A stretch of DNA of 63,334 nt, filler included, from Reclinomonas americana ATCC 50394 (taxonomy: Eukaryota), in NCBI GenBank assembly GCA_048213135.1. It is 4 parts of 4 records of this genome, joined end to end, with 100 filler letters (N's around TTAATTAATTAA, not from the genome) between each part and the next. Parts side by side here need not be neighbours in the genome. Positions count along the whole stretch, not along the records: positions 43,927 to 61,291 come from PS015226.1; 3 more parts are not named here. One strand, written 5' to 3'. The notes under the pieces are model-generated. The model was given only the letters and a program-made list of their open reading frames with translations, was not told the DNA's origin and made no database searches. The stretch's first letter is position 1; every line of letters starts with the position of its first letter. Below are positions 46,901 to 60,422 of this stretch, one piece after another. Made by a program: the position numbers and the translations under genes.

Positions 46901-49900
46901 GCCGAGCACGGGCGATCCACCATTCGCGTCAACTGAACCGCGTACAGTCGCGTAAGAGAGGTGAGTGTCCACGCCGGGAGTCAGCGGTGTGGTGACGGCA
47001 ATTGGGTCGGCAGCGGAGACTGTCAGCTGGCCTCCCGGGATCGGCACAAAGATGCCGCCCGAGAGGAAGCCCATGCACGCAATGTACGACCCAGGCACAA
47101 TGCCCGTCAGATCGGCGGCCGGAAATGTCAATGTATGCGCTGCTGCCGGGCCACCGGCGTCGGTCATGCTTAGGCCCAGAACCGTAATCGACTGCGGTGA
47201 AGCTCCGGCCAGCGTGGGCGTGCAGACGTTGCCGGGTTCGAGCCGCAACATGGTAATGGCTCCGCGAACGAGATTCGGACCCGTCAGCACAAGTGTGGTC
47301 GTTGTGTCAGTGACGACATAGTAGGTTGGTGCGATGGACACGACACCTGTGTGTGGCGACGTGAGCGCACGACAGGAATGGAGTGGAGGAGATTATTGAT
47401 GAGCAGCAGGCACGCGCACCAATGCTGCAATCAGTGGCTCCGGTGAACTCGGGCGCACACAAGCAGCTGCCGGTGCCATTAAAGCCGTCGTCACACACGC
47501 CTCCGTTTTCGCAGCTGCACAACGATGCGCATCCGGGTCCGTACGAGCCGGCCGTGCACTGTGCCGGGGGAATGAGCAGCGCGCGATAATATAGAGTAGG
47601 GTTATCGGCGAGGTAGCGCAACATCAACCGTCAGCATGGTAGTCGTCGTCATAAATGTACCAACCGCACCCGCAACGTCGAAACACACGATAAAATCACC
47701 ATAGTCGGTAGTCGATGCATGAATTGTAGAGGTCACGGCGTTTGGAGTGACGGCGGTAGCGGTGGCTATTGTGGAATGCGCCGATGTGCAATCGGCTCCA
47801 GGTGCAGCGTCGACAAAGAATACGCTTTTGACACTCGCGCCTCTGTAAGGCCAAACAAGTCAACACTTGCTTCTCCATTTCTCCTCCTTTCCCTATTTCC
47901 ATTAATTCTAACCCTCCTTCCTCTATCTTCTTCCCCCTCCTTCCCCCCTCACTTCCCCTCCTTGTACATGCGCGTATTATCACTGCGGAGCAGACGCAAC
48001 TGCGGGCCGCCAATGTCGATCGAAAATGGCCCCACGCCAATGACAGAATTTGGAATCACCGAGTACGTGGCTGCCAAAGAACGAGCGATGAGCGTACAAC
48101 ATTGGGCAGCAAGGCAACAGTCGGTGATGAGGCACACCCGACACTGTCAGCAAGCCGGGAACATCGAAAGCAGCGCCCACCCCGCCGAATCTGCACGCAA
48201 TTCCATGAGCGCGATGACAATTCCAATAATCTTCCCATCAACCACTCAACTTGATACACATCTTGTAGGTCGAGCTAATGCCAGTGACAGTAATGGGCAC
48301 TGTCAGTGACGTGCTGACTGTCGACGATACCGCACCGACTGCGAGCTGCGATGCGCGAAAGGTTCGTCAGCAGGCATATAGAGGCCGATAATAAACAACA
48401 CGAGGGGCAGTACCGATGGGTCTGAGGCCACAGCTGTTGCGCAGGCGGCAGAGGAGTCAACGACGAGAATCGCATCGCTGGCTGATAGACCGTTGCCAGC
48501 AATAACCACCGCGATGCTGGCGCCAATCAGCAGCGAGGAAGGTGCAAACGAATCGGCCGACTGCACATCGCCAACTCATCAGTAACGAGCCAGGGGGAGA
48601 GCGCGATGAAGCAACACAGACTCGCCTCCGCAGTCAACACGCTTCCCGCAGTCACCGGGACAAAGGACGATGCAGTTGATGTTCTGCGCAGAACACAGAT
48701 CCGTGTCAGCAAGGGAGCGCGCAAGATCGCCAGGAGACACGGACGGGGTAGAGAATCGAAACTGGATGCACACAATGTAGAGTCCACCAGTGGAGATGGT
48801 GACAGGCACCTCCAAGCGAGTTGCAACAGGCAAGGTGAGTGCACCGACCGTCGTCGCACCCGAAGGCGGATCAGAGCAGGATCCGGGACTGGCGACGACT
48901 TTCACGGTGTCGCCCACTGCACAGCGATACGAGTAAGTCAGCAACTGAAAGGTGAGAAGCTGACATGTCTCGCACCAGTGAGTCCAACGCCGGTGATTGA
49001 CACGGTGGTGGCAGCGTTGGCGGGTACGGCAGTTGGAGAGAATCCAGTGGCGCCTGCGGCCAGAATACAGAGAGAAAACTGACGTCACGACGCACAATCC
49101 ATAGCTGCCTTTTTGCTCTTATTTCCAAACCTTGCACCGCAATCGTGCTGTTGACCACAGGCTGGAAGCCCGACGTGCCGCCGTACGAGATACAGAGCGA
49201 CACCGTCGTCGGCACCGTGGTCACAAGCTGCAACGTGAGCGTGTTGGGCACGCCAGCCGCGCTGTTGAGACTCGACGACACAGTAGTCACGGCGCTGTCG
49301 ACAGCACAGTTGTCTGACGGACGGATAATCTTGAACGTATCAAAGGCTGCGCGACCAAACGAAGCATAAGATGCTGGCAAGTGGGAAAAAACAGTGCAAA
49401 CGATCAGCACACCGCTGAGAGCCGCTCCGCTGACCACCACCAAGCTGGCGGATTGGTTGGGAATCAGCAGCGTGTCGACGCCAAATGTGCCTGTGGCATG
49501 GAAATGAACAAAAAAGTGTCTCCGCGTGCTGAATTCACAGCATGTACGCACCTCGCACGGCAATGGTTCGTGCACTGACACTGTCCATGTAAAACACCGC
49601 AGCACCGGAAAATCTGCAGCTCGATCGTAGCGGGTGGGTGACATGTTATGATGGGAGGATCAATACTCTTCAAGCAGACAACACACCGAATGCACACCAC
49701 ATAGTCGCCCGGTGTGACTGACAGTTGCGGAAGCACACTGAACGACAGGGTTGTCGATGCTGCGCCGCCAACTGTCTTGGTGCTTCCGATGGAAAACGCG
49801 GCAAGTGTCGATGCACTGCATGGATCGCTGGCCGCGTGGATCGTGATGACATCGTTGGCGGAGAAGCCAAAGCCAGTCAGCATCAGTGTCTGAACGGAGC

Positions 49901-52900
49901 CGGGCACCAAGGCTGTCGGAGCCGCAGCAGTCACACCCTGCACGGAAATGTCGCCAATCGCAAACGACGTGGTGGCTGGTTGCGAGCCGAATCTGAAAAA
50001 AAACAACAATGACACCACCGTGAGATGCGTAGAGCAGTCAAGGCAAGTGCGTCAGCCCATGATATGCCCCAACGCAACTGGTAGCACACCAGGAATCTCC
50101 CGCTGACGGAGCCCGACACAGTGAACTGTGCAGAGGAGGCGTTGAGCACGGTCATCGACGACACGGTGGCGGTGGCCAGTGGCGGATCGGAGGTGCACGA
50201 GCCGCCAAGAGCCACCAGCTTGACGATATCAGACGTCGATGCACCAGCCACCGTCACCGTAACTGTGAGTGAGACAGACAAATATTCAAAGTCAGGCAGA
50301 CGACGGTGGGCGCAGAGCACACGCTCAACTCAGACACACCAGTGGTGGCCACGTTGCGAGCCACTGAGGTAACATCAAATGCGGTCGTGGCCTGCACTGC
50401 CAAGCTGCCGGCAGTCACCGGAAAGTAGTTGCCTGTGCCGCCGTACTGGATGCACAGAAAGTACACGCCAAATGTGCTGCCGGTAACCGTTGTGGAAATC
50501 TCGGTGTTCATCGTCGAAGAGATGGCGCCGAGGGACACGACTGCTCCGCCGACGGCGGCGTTTGTCTGACAGTCGATGGACGCGGACATGTTTACGAGTT
50601 TGAGCACGTCGGAGGTGGCGAGTCTGCAAGCACAGAGCAGCGGTGAGTGGCGTGACGGCGAATGGAGCGTCAAGGAGAATGCACACAACGATACGCCAGA
50701 GACCACCAGCGGAGTGGCGACGGCGGCCACCACCGCAGTGGGATTGATGGAGAGAGTACCTGTGTGCCCCACCCATCGTCATGAGAACGAGTGCATGACA
50801 GCAGTTTCTGTTCGAGAGAACGCACCGCGCACGGTGAGAGTGCCACCGGCAACGGCCTCAAACGTCGACACTCCTCCATAAGATATGCACCACGTGTACG
50901 AGTCGGCTGTCTGCACCGTGACAGACACGGTAATCGAGTTCGGCACGCTTGCCGTGGAGCTCACAGAGACTGTGGCCAGCGCAGAGCCGGTGGTGACAGC
51001 ACATGAGCCGGCAATGGGAATGAGTTTGAAAGTGTCCGCGGCTGCTCGATTACCGTGGTGTGAGAGCACAGCGTGAGTCAAATCACGAGCACACGAATTT
51101 CACCTCCGAGGCCGGCGCCACTAACCACCACCGACGATGGCACAGTGGCGACAATGGTGGATGGTATTGCGCTTGTTGTCCCGCGCAAGACGAACGACGG
51201 AGTCGGAGTGTAATACGTCGCCTGGTTCTGGAATCTACAGGCGATCCTGTCAACAACACTCTCCTTCCATATCTCCGCCAACAAGTGCGGTGGAGGGAAC
51301 GAACCGGACACACACATTGTATGCGCCAATGGGAGCGACGCCCGTGGTGGACATGCTGACCGTGGATGTGGTCTGCGTGCCGTTGACAGTCGGTGAACTG
51401 ACCGACACGCCGGTGGTCGACAATGGGCCGCACGGATCACTGGCCCTCACGACGGTGATTTCATCCGTGACAGACAGACCAAAGGCAGAGATGATAATCG
51501 ACGTCGGCACAGTCGGCACGAGCAACGTCGGTGTGATGCCAGTGATTGACTGCACGGAAAGGAATCCAACACTTGTTGTGTCGACGGTAGCCTGTGTGGT
51601 GAACCTGCAAGGGGGGGCGAGTCAAGATGTGAGTGCAATGGGAAGCAGGGAGTGCGTGAGATGATGAAGCACGCAACATATAGCACACTTGAAAGCGACC
51701 GGCTGTGGTTCCAGTGAGCGCAAAACTGACAGACGATGAGGCCGAGGCGGTGACTGTGAATGCGTTGAATACGCCGAGAGTGGGGTCGGTGGCACACGAG
51801 CCGCCGGAAGAGATGATCTTGACCGTATCCGTGCTGCGTGCACCGAGCGCCGGTATCGTGACTGCCAGATAGAAGATGAAATGTGTGTCACAAAGATGGT
51901 GGCAAGGGAAAGTTCGTGCATCGATGGTCGATAACGAAACTGGCGGTTGACACGCCGATGGGAATGGCGACGGGTGACAATGCACTGGCACCCTGCACGA
52001 TAAAGGTGCCATTGACAACGGCGAAGCGGTTTCCGGTGCCGCCAAACTGAATGCAGGTCAGAAAAATGCCAAACGCATTGCCAATTGTTGGCAACGTGAT
52101 CTTCGTAGATCCCATGAGAGTGGTGGCGGCAAGTGTCACCGATCCGGCAACAGGGTCTGTCTGACAGTTGGGCGTCGTCGTGGCCACCACAATGCTCAGC
52201 ACGTCGGAGGAACTCAGACTGCACGCAGCGAGTTGCGATCGTGAGTCACAACAACGTGCGCCATAGGACAGAATCGCAGAAACACACCCGGCGCCAGTAA
52301 TGGAGATGGTTGAGCTCGCACCGAGAGTGATCACCGGAGGCGAGAAGCCGGTGGTGCCTGGCGGTACTCTCATGTTGAGACAACGACCGCAAACAATCAG
52401 AATCGAAAGGAGGACCGCACCTTGCACGACCAATGTGCCAGCGGTGACTGCAGCGTAGGGAAGCACACCGCCGAAGGCGATGCACACGAGAAATGAGCCA
52501 GGACTGCTGCCTGTCACGGTGAGCGCGATAGAGCTCGGCACAGAGGCAGTTGACGAGACTGGCGATGTGATGCTGCCGACTTGCGAGTCGGTGGAGCAGC
52601 TGCCGGTCGACGACACCATTTTGAAGAGGTCCGCGACTGCCGCCAAGGAGAAGGGCTCAGGGCAGAGGGGAAGAAAGGGGAAAGGAGGGAGAAGAGAGAG
52701 AGAGGGAAAGAGTGGGAAGGAGAGGGAAAGAGAGGGAAGGAGAGAGAGAAAAAATAAAGAAAGACTGGCAGAGAGGCAGGCAGACAGACAGGAAGAAGGG
52801 GAGAGAGGGAGAGAAAAGAGAGACAGCGAACAAACATACAGACAGAGACAGACAGAAAGAAAGGAAGAAAGAAAGAGAGACGGACAGGCAGGCAGACAGG

Positions 52901-53132
52901 CTTGCAGACACGCAGAGAGAGAGAGAGAGAGATAGGCAGACAGACAAACTGACAGACAGGCAGACAGACAGACAGACAGACAGACAGGCAGCCAAAGAGA
53001 AGAGCGACAGAAAGAGAGAAGAGCGACAGAGAAAGAGAGAAGAGAGAGAGTGAGAGACAGGAATAAAGAAAGACAGACAGACAGTTAAGCAGGCAGACTG
53101 GCAGACTGGCAGATAGGTAGGCAGGAAGAGAG

Positions 53133-53177
<45 letters not shown>

Positions 53178-56100
53178 TAGATAGAGAAAGTCGAAGGGAA
53201 ACGCACCACTAAGTGCTGCTCCATTCACAGTCATCGTGGTGGCCGTTGACACGGGTACGACTGTTGGAGTGATGCCCGTGGTTCCTGCGCCACGAGGTGA
53301 GAAAGGCACGCATCACATGCTTGCGAGAAAGCTAAGTTCTCACACGCACCGCGAACGGCAAACTGGACCGAGATGCCGCCTGGTATGGTGTAGAAACTGC
53401 TGGCAGTGGAAAAGCTGCAGCGGCGGGATTCAGCAGACGCACGCAAGAATCGGAGTGCGAGTCTGTGACGCACGTGATGCAAACCACATAGTTGCCGGTG
53501 CTGGACGCAATCGGCGTGACAACAAACGTCAGCTGCGTGCTTGTGGGGTTGGCAGCCAGCGAGCTCACTGTGATGCCAGCCACAGGCATGGTGCTGCACG
53601 GAGTCGCCAATGGCTGCACAGCGATAACGTCCGCATTCGAGAAGCCATATCCGGTAAGCGTCATGGTGCCGCCGGTTGGTGGCAAAAGGACGGTTGGCGA
53701 CAAGTTGGACGACAGTCCTTGCGCCGAGATGACGCCCACGTTGAAAGAGTCCGCGCCGGTTGTTCCCGTGAATCTGCAGGCGAGTATTGATGAGAGGGCG
53801 GGAAAGAATGAAAGAAAGAGTGTCGCGACCACGAAACTGGTAACACAAGTTGTATCGATTCATAGTGTTGACCGTCACGTTGACAGAGTACGCAGAGGCC
53901 GACGCGGAGGGTGAGGCCACGGTGGTGCCACCAGCAGCACCCATGACACACGCATCGGTTATTGGCACGAGCTTCACCATGTCGGATGCTTGCGCTCCAA
54001 TCACCGCCACAGATACTGCAGAGGCGATGAGAGTGTGTGTACACAAGCACTCATGTGCGCACATACCATTTATGGCCAGGGCCGCCGGAATGGTTGCGGG
54101 TGTGATGCTACTCTGGAGCAGTCACGAAAAAGGTGCCGGCGGTCACCGGGTACGTGCTCCCGGTGTTGCCGAAGCGAATGCACATCACGTATGCACCGAC
54201 CACCGTCGATGTCATGGACATGGTGAGATTCGTGGATGTGCCGCCGGGCGAGCTGAATGAAAAGCCTGTAGCCTGCGCTGTGTTGACGCAGTCGGGCGAC
54301 GAAGTGAACGGAATGCTTTTCAGCACATCGGCCGTGGTCAGGCTGGAGCGCACAGGGGGTGAGAGACGAGGGGGGAAGAAATGAAAGTACGCGCGCTTGT
54401 AGGTACTCACGCGACACCGCTGACAGTCACTGTGGTGCTGACGCCGGCAGAGATCTTGGTGGGACTGAAACTCGTGGTGCCTGTGAGGTGGGCGACAATG
54501 TGAGCGAGAGTCAGCGCGCCAGGTCACTGCATCAGCCCCACACACTCGCCTCGCACAGACAGCGTGGCTCCGCCGGTGACGGCGTATGGAACCATGGTGC
54601 CCATTCTGTGTGTGAGAGAACCCATCGTGTCACTAATCTTACGCTACAATCGATGACAATCCTGGCCAGCCCGCCCGCAACTTGACGCAAACAGTGAACA
54701 CGGCCACCGAAGTCGGCACCAGCGTGAACTGCTCGAGAGTACTGGTGGCACTCGTGGATGTGAGCACGGTGATGCTCACGTCGGAGGCAGAGGCCGCGTC
54801 ACACGAAGCCGCGCTGGGGATAATGTACAAGGTGTCGACGCCGAGAGTGCCGAGACCGTTGCCGGAGATGGCAATTGTGCTCAAGGCGTTGACGAGAATC
54901 ACGGAGGGAGACAGACCGGTTGCGCCGCTGTTTGTGCAGAGGAAAGGAGGGAGGGAGAGGGAGGGAGAGGACGAGAAGGAAGAGGGAANNNNNNNNNNNN
55001 NNNNNNNNNNNNNNNNNNNNNNNNNNNNNNNNNNNNNNNNNNNNNNNNNNNNNNNNNNNNNNNNNNNNNNNNNNNNNNNNNNNNNNNNNNNNNNNNNNNN
55101 NNNNNNNNNNNNNNNNNNNNNNNNNNNNNNNNNNNNNNNNNNNNNNNNNNNNNNNNNNNNNNNNNNNNNNNNNNNNNNNNNNNNNNNNNNNNNNNNNNNN
55201 NNNNNNNNNNNNNNNNNNNNNNNNNNNNNNNNNNNNNNNNNNNNNNNNNNNNNNNNNNNNNNNNNNNNNNNNNNNNNNNNNNNNNNNNNNNNNNNNNNNN
55301 NNNNNNNNNNNNNNNNNNNNNNNNNNNNNNNNNNNNNNNNNNNNNNNNNNNNNNNNNNNNNNNNNNNNNNNNNNNNNNNNNNNNNNNNNNNNNNNNNNNN
55401 NNNNNNNNNNNNNNNNNNNNNNNNNNNNNNNNNNNNNNNNNNNNNNNNNNNNNNNNNNNNNNNNNNNNNNNNNNNNNNNNNNNNNNNNNNNNNNNNNNNN
55501 NNNNNNNNNNNNNNNNNNNNNNNNNNNNNNNNNNNNNNNNNNNNNNNNNNNNNAGGGAGAAAGAAAGAGACGCAACACAAGGGAGACAGAGAGACAGAGA
55601 GGGAGAGAAGGAAGAGAAGGAAGAGAGAAGAGAGTGAAGATAGTGGAGATTGAAAGAGTGATAGACAGTGCAAGAGAGACACAGAGAAGGAGATAGGGAG
55701 AGAGAGGTGGAGAGAGACAGAAAGAGAGACAAAGAGACAGAGAGATAGAGAGGGAGAGAAAGAAGCCAAGAAAGGGAGACAGAGAGACAAAGAGACAGAG
55801 AGGAAGGGAGAAAGGGAAACACAGAAAAAGAAAGAGGGAGAGGGAGGCAGAGAGGGAGAGAACGAGAGAGACAAAGAGCCAGAGAGACAAAGAGACAAGA
55901 GAGAGAGAGAGATGTCAGTGTTGCCAGCTCATCGTACATGATCAGGGTAAGCGAGTACGCACGAAATGACAGTGATGCGGCGACTGATGGGCAACGACTG
56001 CACCGTGATGCGATCCACAAAGAACGTGCAGTCATTCGGCGCACCCGCACCCCCAATCGTCAGCGTGTACGTGTCAGTCGTCGTCACACCCAAACTGATG

Positions 56101-57900
56101 ATGGTGCCGATGGGCGCTGACCACGAGTTTCGCGGCGGAACAAACGGCCCAAACACCACCGTGTTGTCCACCAAGATCTGCATGTTGTTGTTGAAGGCAT
56201 TGAGGTTGGTGCGCTGTGTCGCACGAAACGAAATCGTGCTTCCGGCGGCGATGGTCGCCGTCTGTTGCAAGTAGCAGCTGCCGCCTTGACAGAATGCAGC
56301 TTGGCTGCCTTGATAGGGCACCATTGTTCCAGTGAACACAGTGTTGGTGGTGGTGACACCAACTCCGACGCCGGCCCAAGGAGAAGGGGCGCCGTACTGG
56401 AACGAAGAGACCGGGAGCACGGGTGTCTCAAAGTTGACATTCGATAGGTTGACGGTGCCTGTGAACAGAAGAGTGCGTTGAGTGAGAGGAGAAGGGGGAG
56501 AGGAGTGATGCAGAAGATGTTACCATTGCTGACGAGGTAGAATGTGCTGCCAATGCCGCCGAAGCTGCATTGATGTCAGTGGGGTGAGACAACAGAATTG
56601 CAAGAGAGTGCAGGACACTCTGACTTCTGAAGCTCAAGCGTCTAGTCGACGTCTGCCAGCAGCTGCCATCGACAGAGTTGATGTGAGGTGCCTTCTCTCT
56701 CACTGCCACTCACTTTATACACAATCGGAACTCGATGAGATTGGCTGACACAATGGAGAGCACGACGTTGTTGCTGTCGGGCGACGTCACGGTGCCNNNN
56801 NNNNNNNNNNNNNNNNNNNNNNNNNNNNNNNNNNNNNNNNNNNNNNNNNNNNNNNNNNNNNNNNNACCAATGACGACACCGCTTGGTGCGCTGTCTGTAC
56901 ATACACCAGCGCTGCCAATGGCTTTGATGACGTCTCTGTCGAGGCGAGAGGGGGAGGGAAGGAAGGGGGGCGAGCAAAGTCAAAATCGATATCGCGATCG
57001 CGAAGTTGTGAGTGAGACGCGCGCGGTGCACGCACAATGATGATAGCCCCCAGCCCTGGACGGTGACTTTCGTCTGAACGTTCGCCTGCGTGAGTGCAAG
57101 CAGCACGGAGAAGCCCGTGAGCAAAGAAAGCAAATGATTGTGATGCACGATATCGATATATATCGGAAGCGCACGCACCACAATCGTGCTCGGCGTGATG
57201 TTTCTTGTTCCTGTGCGAACCCACAAGAAGGTGGGAGTGAGTGAGCTGTCGGCTCCATGGTCAGAGACACGACCATAGACCTCGAACGGCGAGAAAGGTG
57301 TCGGCCACAATACCGGCCACACAAACATTGTACTCGCCGGCACGGAGCTGGTGGTGGCCGTGAATGTGATGGAGAAGCGTTGCGCATCAACTACCGTCAC
57401 GCTCCCTGTGTACGCACAGGTTGTGAGTGAGAGCGACGGAGCCGAGAACGCAGCGCAGCGGTGCAAGTCACCTTGTGTGATGAATGAGACACACGGTCCA
57501 CAGGTGGCCGCCGTGCGCTGCGTGACGACGCACACCGGTGTCGATGTCGTGTACCCAATGTACTTGATCGTAGCCGTCGCGGTGGAGCCTCCAGGGGTGA
57601 CCGCCTTGCGTGTGGAGAGAGTGCATGCGCGTGAGCGCAGAAAGAGTCTGGACGATTCTTTGTGTTTGACGCGACACACGCGGAGGACGGGAAGGTGAAA
57701 GAATGAGCGTAGGAGAGGGTGATATCGGCAGCGTAGGCAAGGGATGGGGCGAGATGACAAGGACACTGGGAAGACGCAGCGCATGCATATTCGAACACTC
57801 GAACACTGTGGTTTGTGTGTGTCTCACCGTTGGCGACATTTCGACGGTGGCCAGAGGCTGCGCGAGAGACGCACATTCAGATCATCAACGGTGTACGGTG
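43927..57900 (-). CDS. Giant extracellular repeat protein: about 16 Cys-pair Ig-like repeats, a galactose-binding-like domain, EGF and at least 8 Fn3-like repeats; both ends uncertain
   Basis: Recurrent ~105-aa unit G.T...P...G...D..K...C...Y..C..(F/Y)G; EGF CSCENGGVCDDGFNGTGSCLCAPEFTG; Fn3 units SA.L.G.V...FE...GL...T.YYYR...FTTL. S/T/V/A-rich. Confidence 0.78.
52650..53190. repeat. Intronic AG/AGAC low-complexity microsatellite tract
   Basis: Purine-rich GA, GACA and GAGA arrays. Confidence 0.9.
55554..55912. repeat. Intronic AG-rich low-complexity tract
   Basis: Degenerate (AG)n/(AGAC)n next to a gap. Confidence 0.85.
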
Positions 57901-60137
57901 GCAGTGGCAGATGCAGCACACTCGTTACACGCAACGTGATATCGGCGCCTTGCTGCCCCGGCCACTGTTTTGAGACAAGGAATCAGACGGCGGTGAGGGA
58001 AAACGTGGAAAGCACGCTGCCTCTGTCAACGCGGCGCGACGGGAAACGAAGAAGCAAGACAGTTGATTGTAGTGTGGCTGCAACAATCACACGGGGGTGC
58101 GCACAGAGAGAGCGAGAGTGACGGAGAGAGTCCGAACAAATGCAAATGTGTCATGACAGCAGTGCCTCTTTGACTAGGGTGTCAGTGCGTGTGCGTGCGT
58201 GTGCTTCAAACAAGCATGTGCGCGCACGTGTGACCACATTGGCGAATGAGAGTCACACCCGCACACATCATCGCATGCGCTGCGCACACAGAGGTCTGTG
58301 TGCTGGCGGGCAAAACTGACACGGCAGACACACGTTCTCCCTCACACTCCTTCCGTTGACACAGTCACCTCCCTTCTGTTCTCCCACTCTCTCTTTCTCC
58401 TACACAGGGACATAGACACAGAGGGAGTGCTGCCTGCAGGCATACACAGCTCGTACACAACACTTTTTTCGCTCAGTGTGTTCGTATTCTCACTCCCCTC
58501 TCACACTCTCCCACACCTTCCCACACCAGCGTGTCGTCCGCACGCGACGCCACATATGTGATGGAGTCGTCGGGGGCACCAGCGAACACCGTGGAGGGTG
58601 TCATCAACTGCGCAGCACGGTGTCAACAGTGAGCGCAGCGCGCGCGCTCGCACATGGCCTTTCAACAGCAAACGACGCCGACGACGCAACGACGAGTGTG
58701 ATTAGGATGCACAGGAACACAGACGCTATCAGTGGCGAGGACGACGAGGTGTGCCGACAGTGGCAACAATGAGGCCAGCGAGGAGACGCCGCCCTCCCCA
58801 CCAACATGTTCGCAATCGTGATTGGTGTGCGCGCGAGCAAACTGCTGCTCCGGCAACAGCAGTAGTTGTTTACTGTGTGTCCTTGTTGAAGAGGTCGCTG
58901 GTTGTGCTGCCAGATCGTAGTTGGTCAGAGTGGCGCAGTCAGCTGGCAGGCATGGCGAACACATGCCAAGAGCTCTCATTGAAGTTGGAAAAACGCGTTG
59001 CAGCCAACTGCACCATTGAACAGCGATGACAGAAACAGGTGATAAGCGCCTTCAACGAGAGACATCAATATACTCGATCATTATTGGCAGCACTATCGTT
59101 CCACCAATCGCGTGGAGCGAGCAATGGGTCGATGATGCTGCAGAGGCGGCAGGGTGACGCTAGGTGCCGGCGTGAACGACGCGGCACGGAGATGCGTAGC
59201 TGCATGGCGTGTGTCAGCATCATGCAGCGAGAAGTGAATGCGACAACGTACGAGACCTTCCCCGTACTCGTAGTACGGCGGAGGTGTCTGGCAAACGAGC
59301 CAGCCGGGCGGAATGGAACCTGAGACGAAGAACACCACAAGCGCAAACTAAGCACGTGTGTGAGAAAGCGATAGCTAAAGCGGCAGAAAACTTACTGTGA
59401 CTCGGCATTGGAAGTGGCGCTGTGCGTGAGGTCGACGGATTAATTGACAACACAGTGCACAAACATAAATGTGCATCAACAGATACAACAAGTACGCAAC
59501 TTGGTACATGAGCAGCTAATGATCTCGCATCTGAAGATGGCTGGAGCGAGCAGCCCAGTCGCGACGAACCGGTGATGAATACATACCCGAGAGGCGGCAT
59601 CTCCTCCGACGTGCGCCCACCTGCGCAATGTGAACAAAAAACAATGGCACCCACCGCGTTACTTCCTCATTTAATCGATATCCGTTCGTTCGCAACATGC
59701 ACACCTTCGTCTGATGGCATCTGCGGAAGACGCAGAAGTCGGGGGACATTCGGCTGTGAGAGAGAACGCAGGGGGTGGAGAAAAACAATCAGTCGTATGG
59801 TCGAAATACAATGCGAGACACGCCAATTGCATCCGTACCCTACGTCCGACAAGCTCGGAATGCATTCGACTCTGCTGCTTCCTCCTAATTGACTGCACCT
59901 GCAGCGGAATTAGGTCATGGAGCGACGGACTCACGCCCGCGGGACTAGGATTGGCATCTGCACCGTGATATCCATTAGCACATACATGCAAATATTGAAA
60001 ATGGAGAAGGCCCCTCGCACACACCCTCGGCAATTGTCCGTGACGGAAGTGGCTTGGTGGCTGACAAAGCACTGCAGTACTTCCTCTTGGACTTTCGCTT
60101 AGCCTCTTCACGCGCGGGGAATGAGGGACATTGATGC

Positions 60138-60140
<3 letters not shown>

Positions 60141-60228
<88 letters not shown>

Positions 60229-60300
60229 GACGAGACGACGACGACGACGACGACGACGTACGACGTACGACGTACGTACGTACGTACGTACGTACGTACG
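60141..60300. repeat. (AG)n microsatellite decaying into (ACG)n and (TACG)n
   Basis: Directly visible; ends at a gap. Confidence 0.9.
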
Positions 60301-60422
60301 NNNNNNNNNNNNNNNNNNNNGCGTGTCCCACCGGCTCTCATGGTCCAGCGTGTGACAGTTGCGTATTTGTATGCATGCTTTCTCAATAAGTGTTTCCTTC
60401 TTTTTGTAACTGCTCTTTGTAG

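Noticed and set aside
52514-56056. Long Ser/Leu- or Arg/Glu-rich ORFs in the ORF track
   Set aside because: Translations of AG microsatellites and N-gaps within introns.
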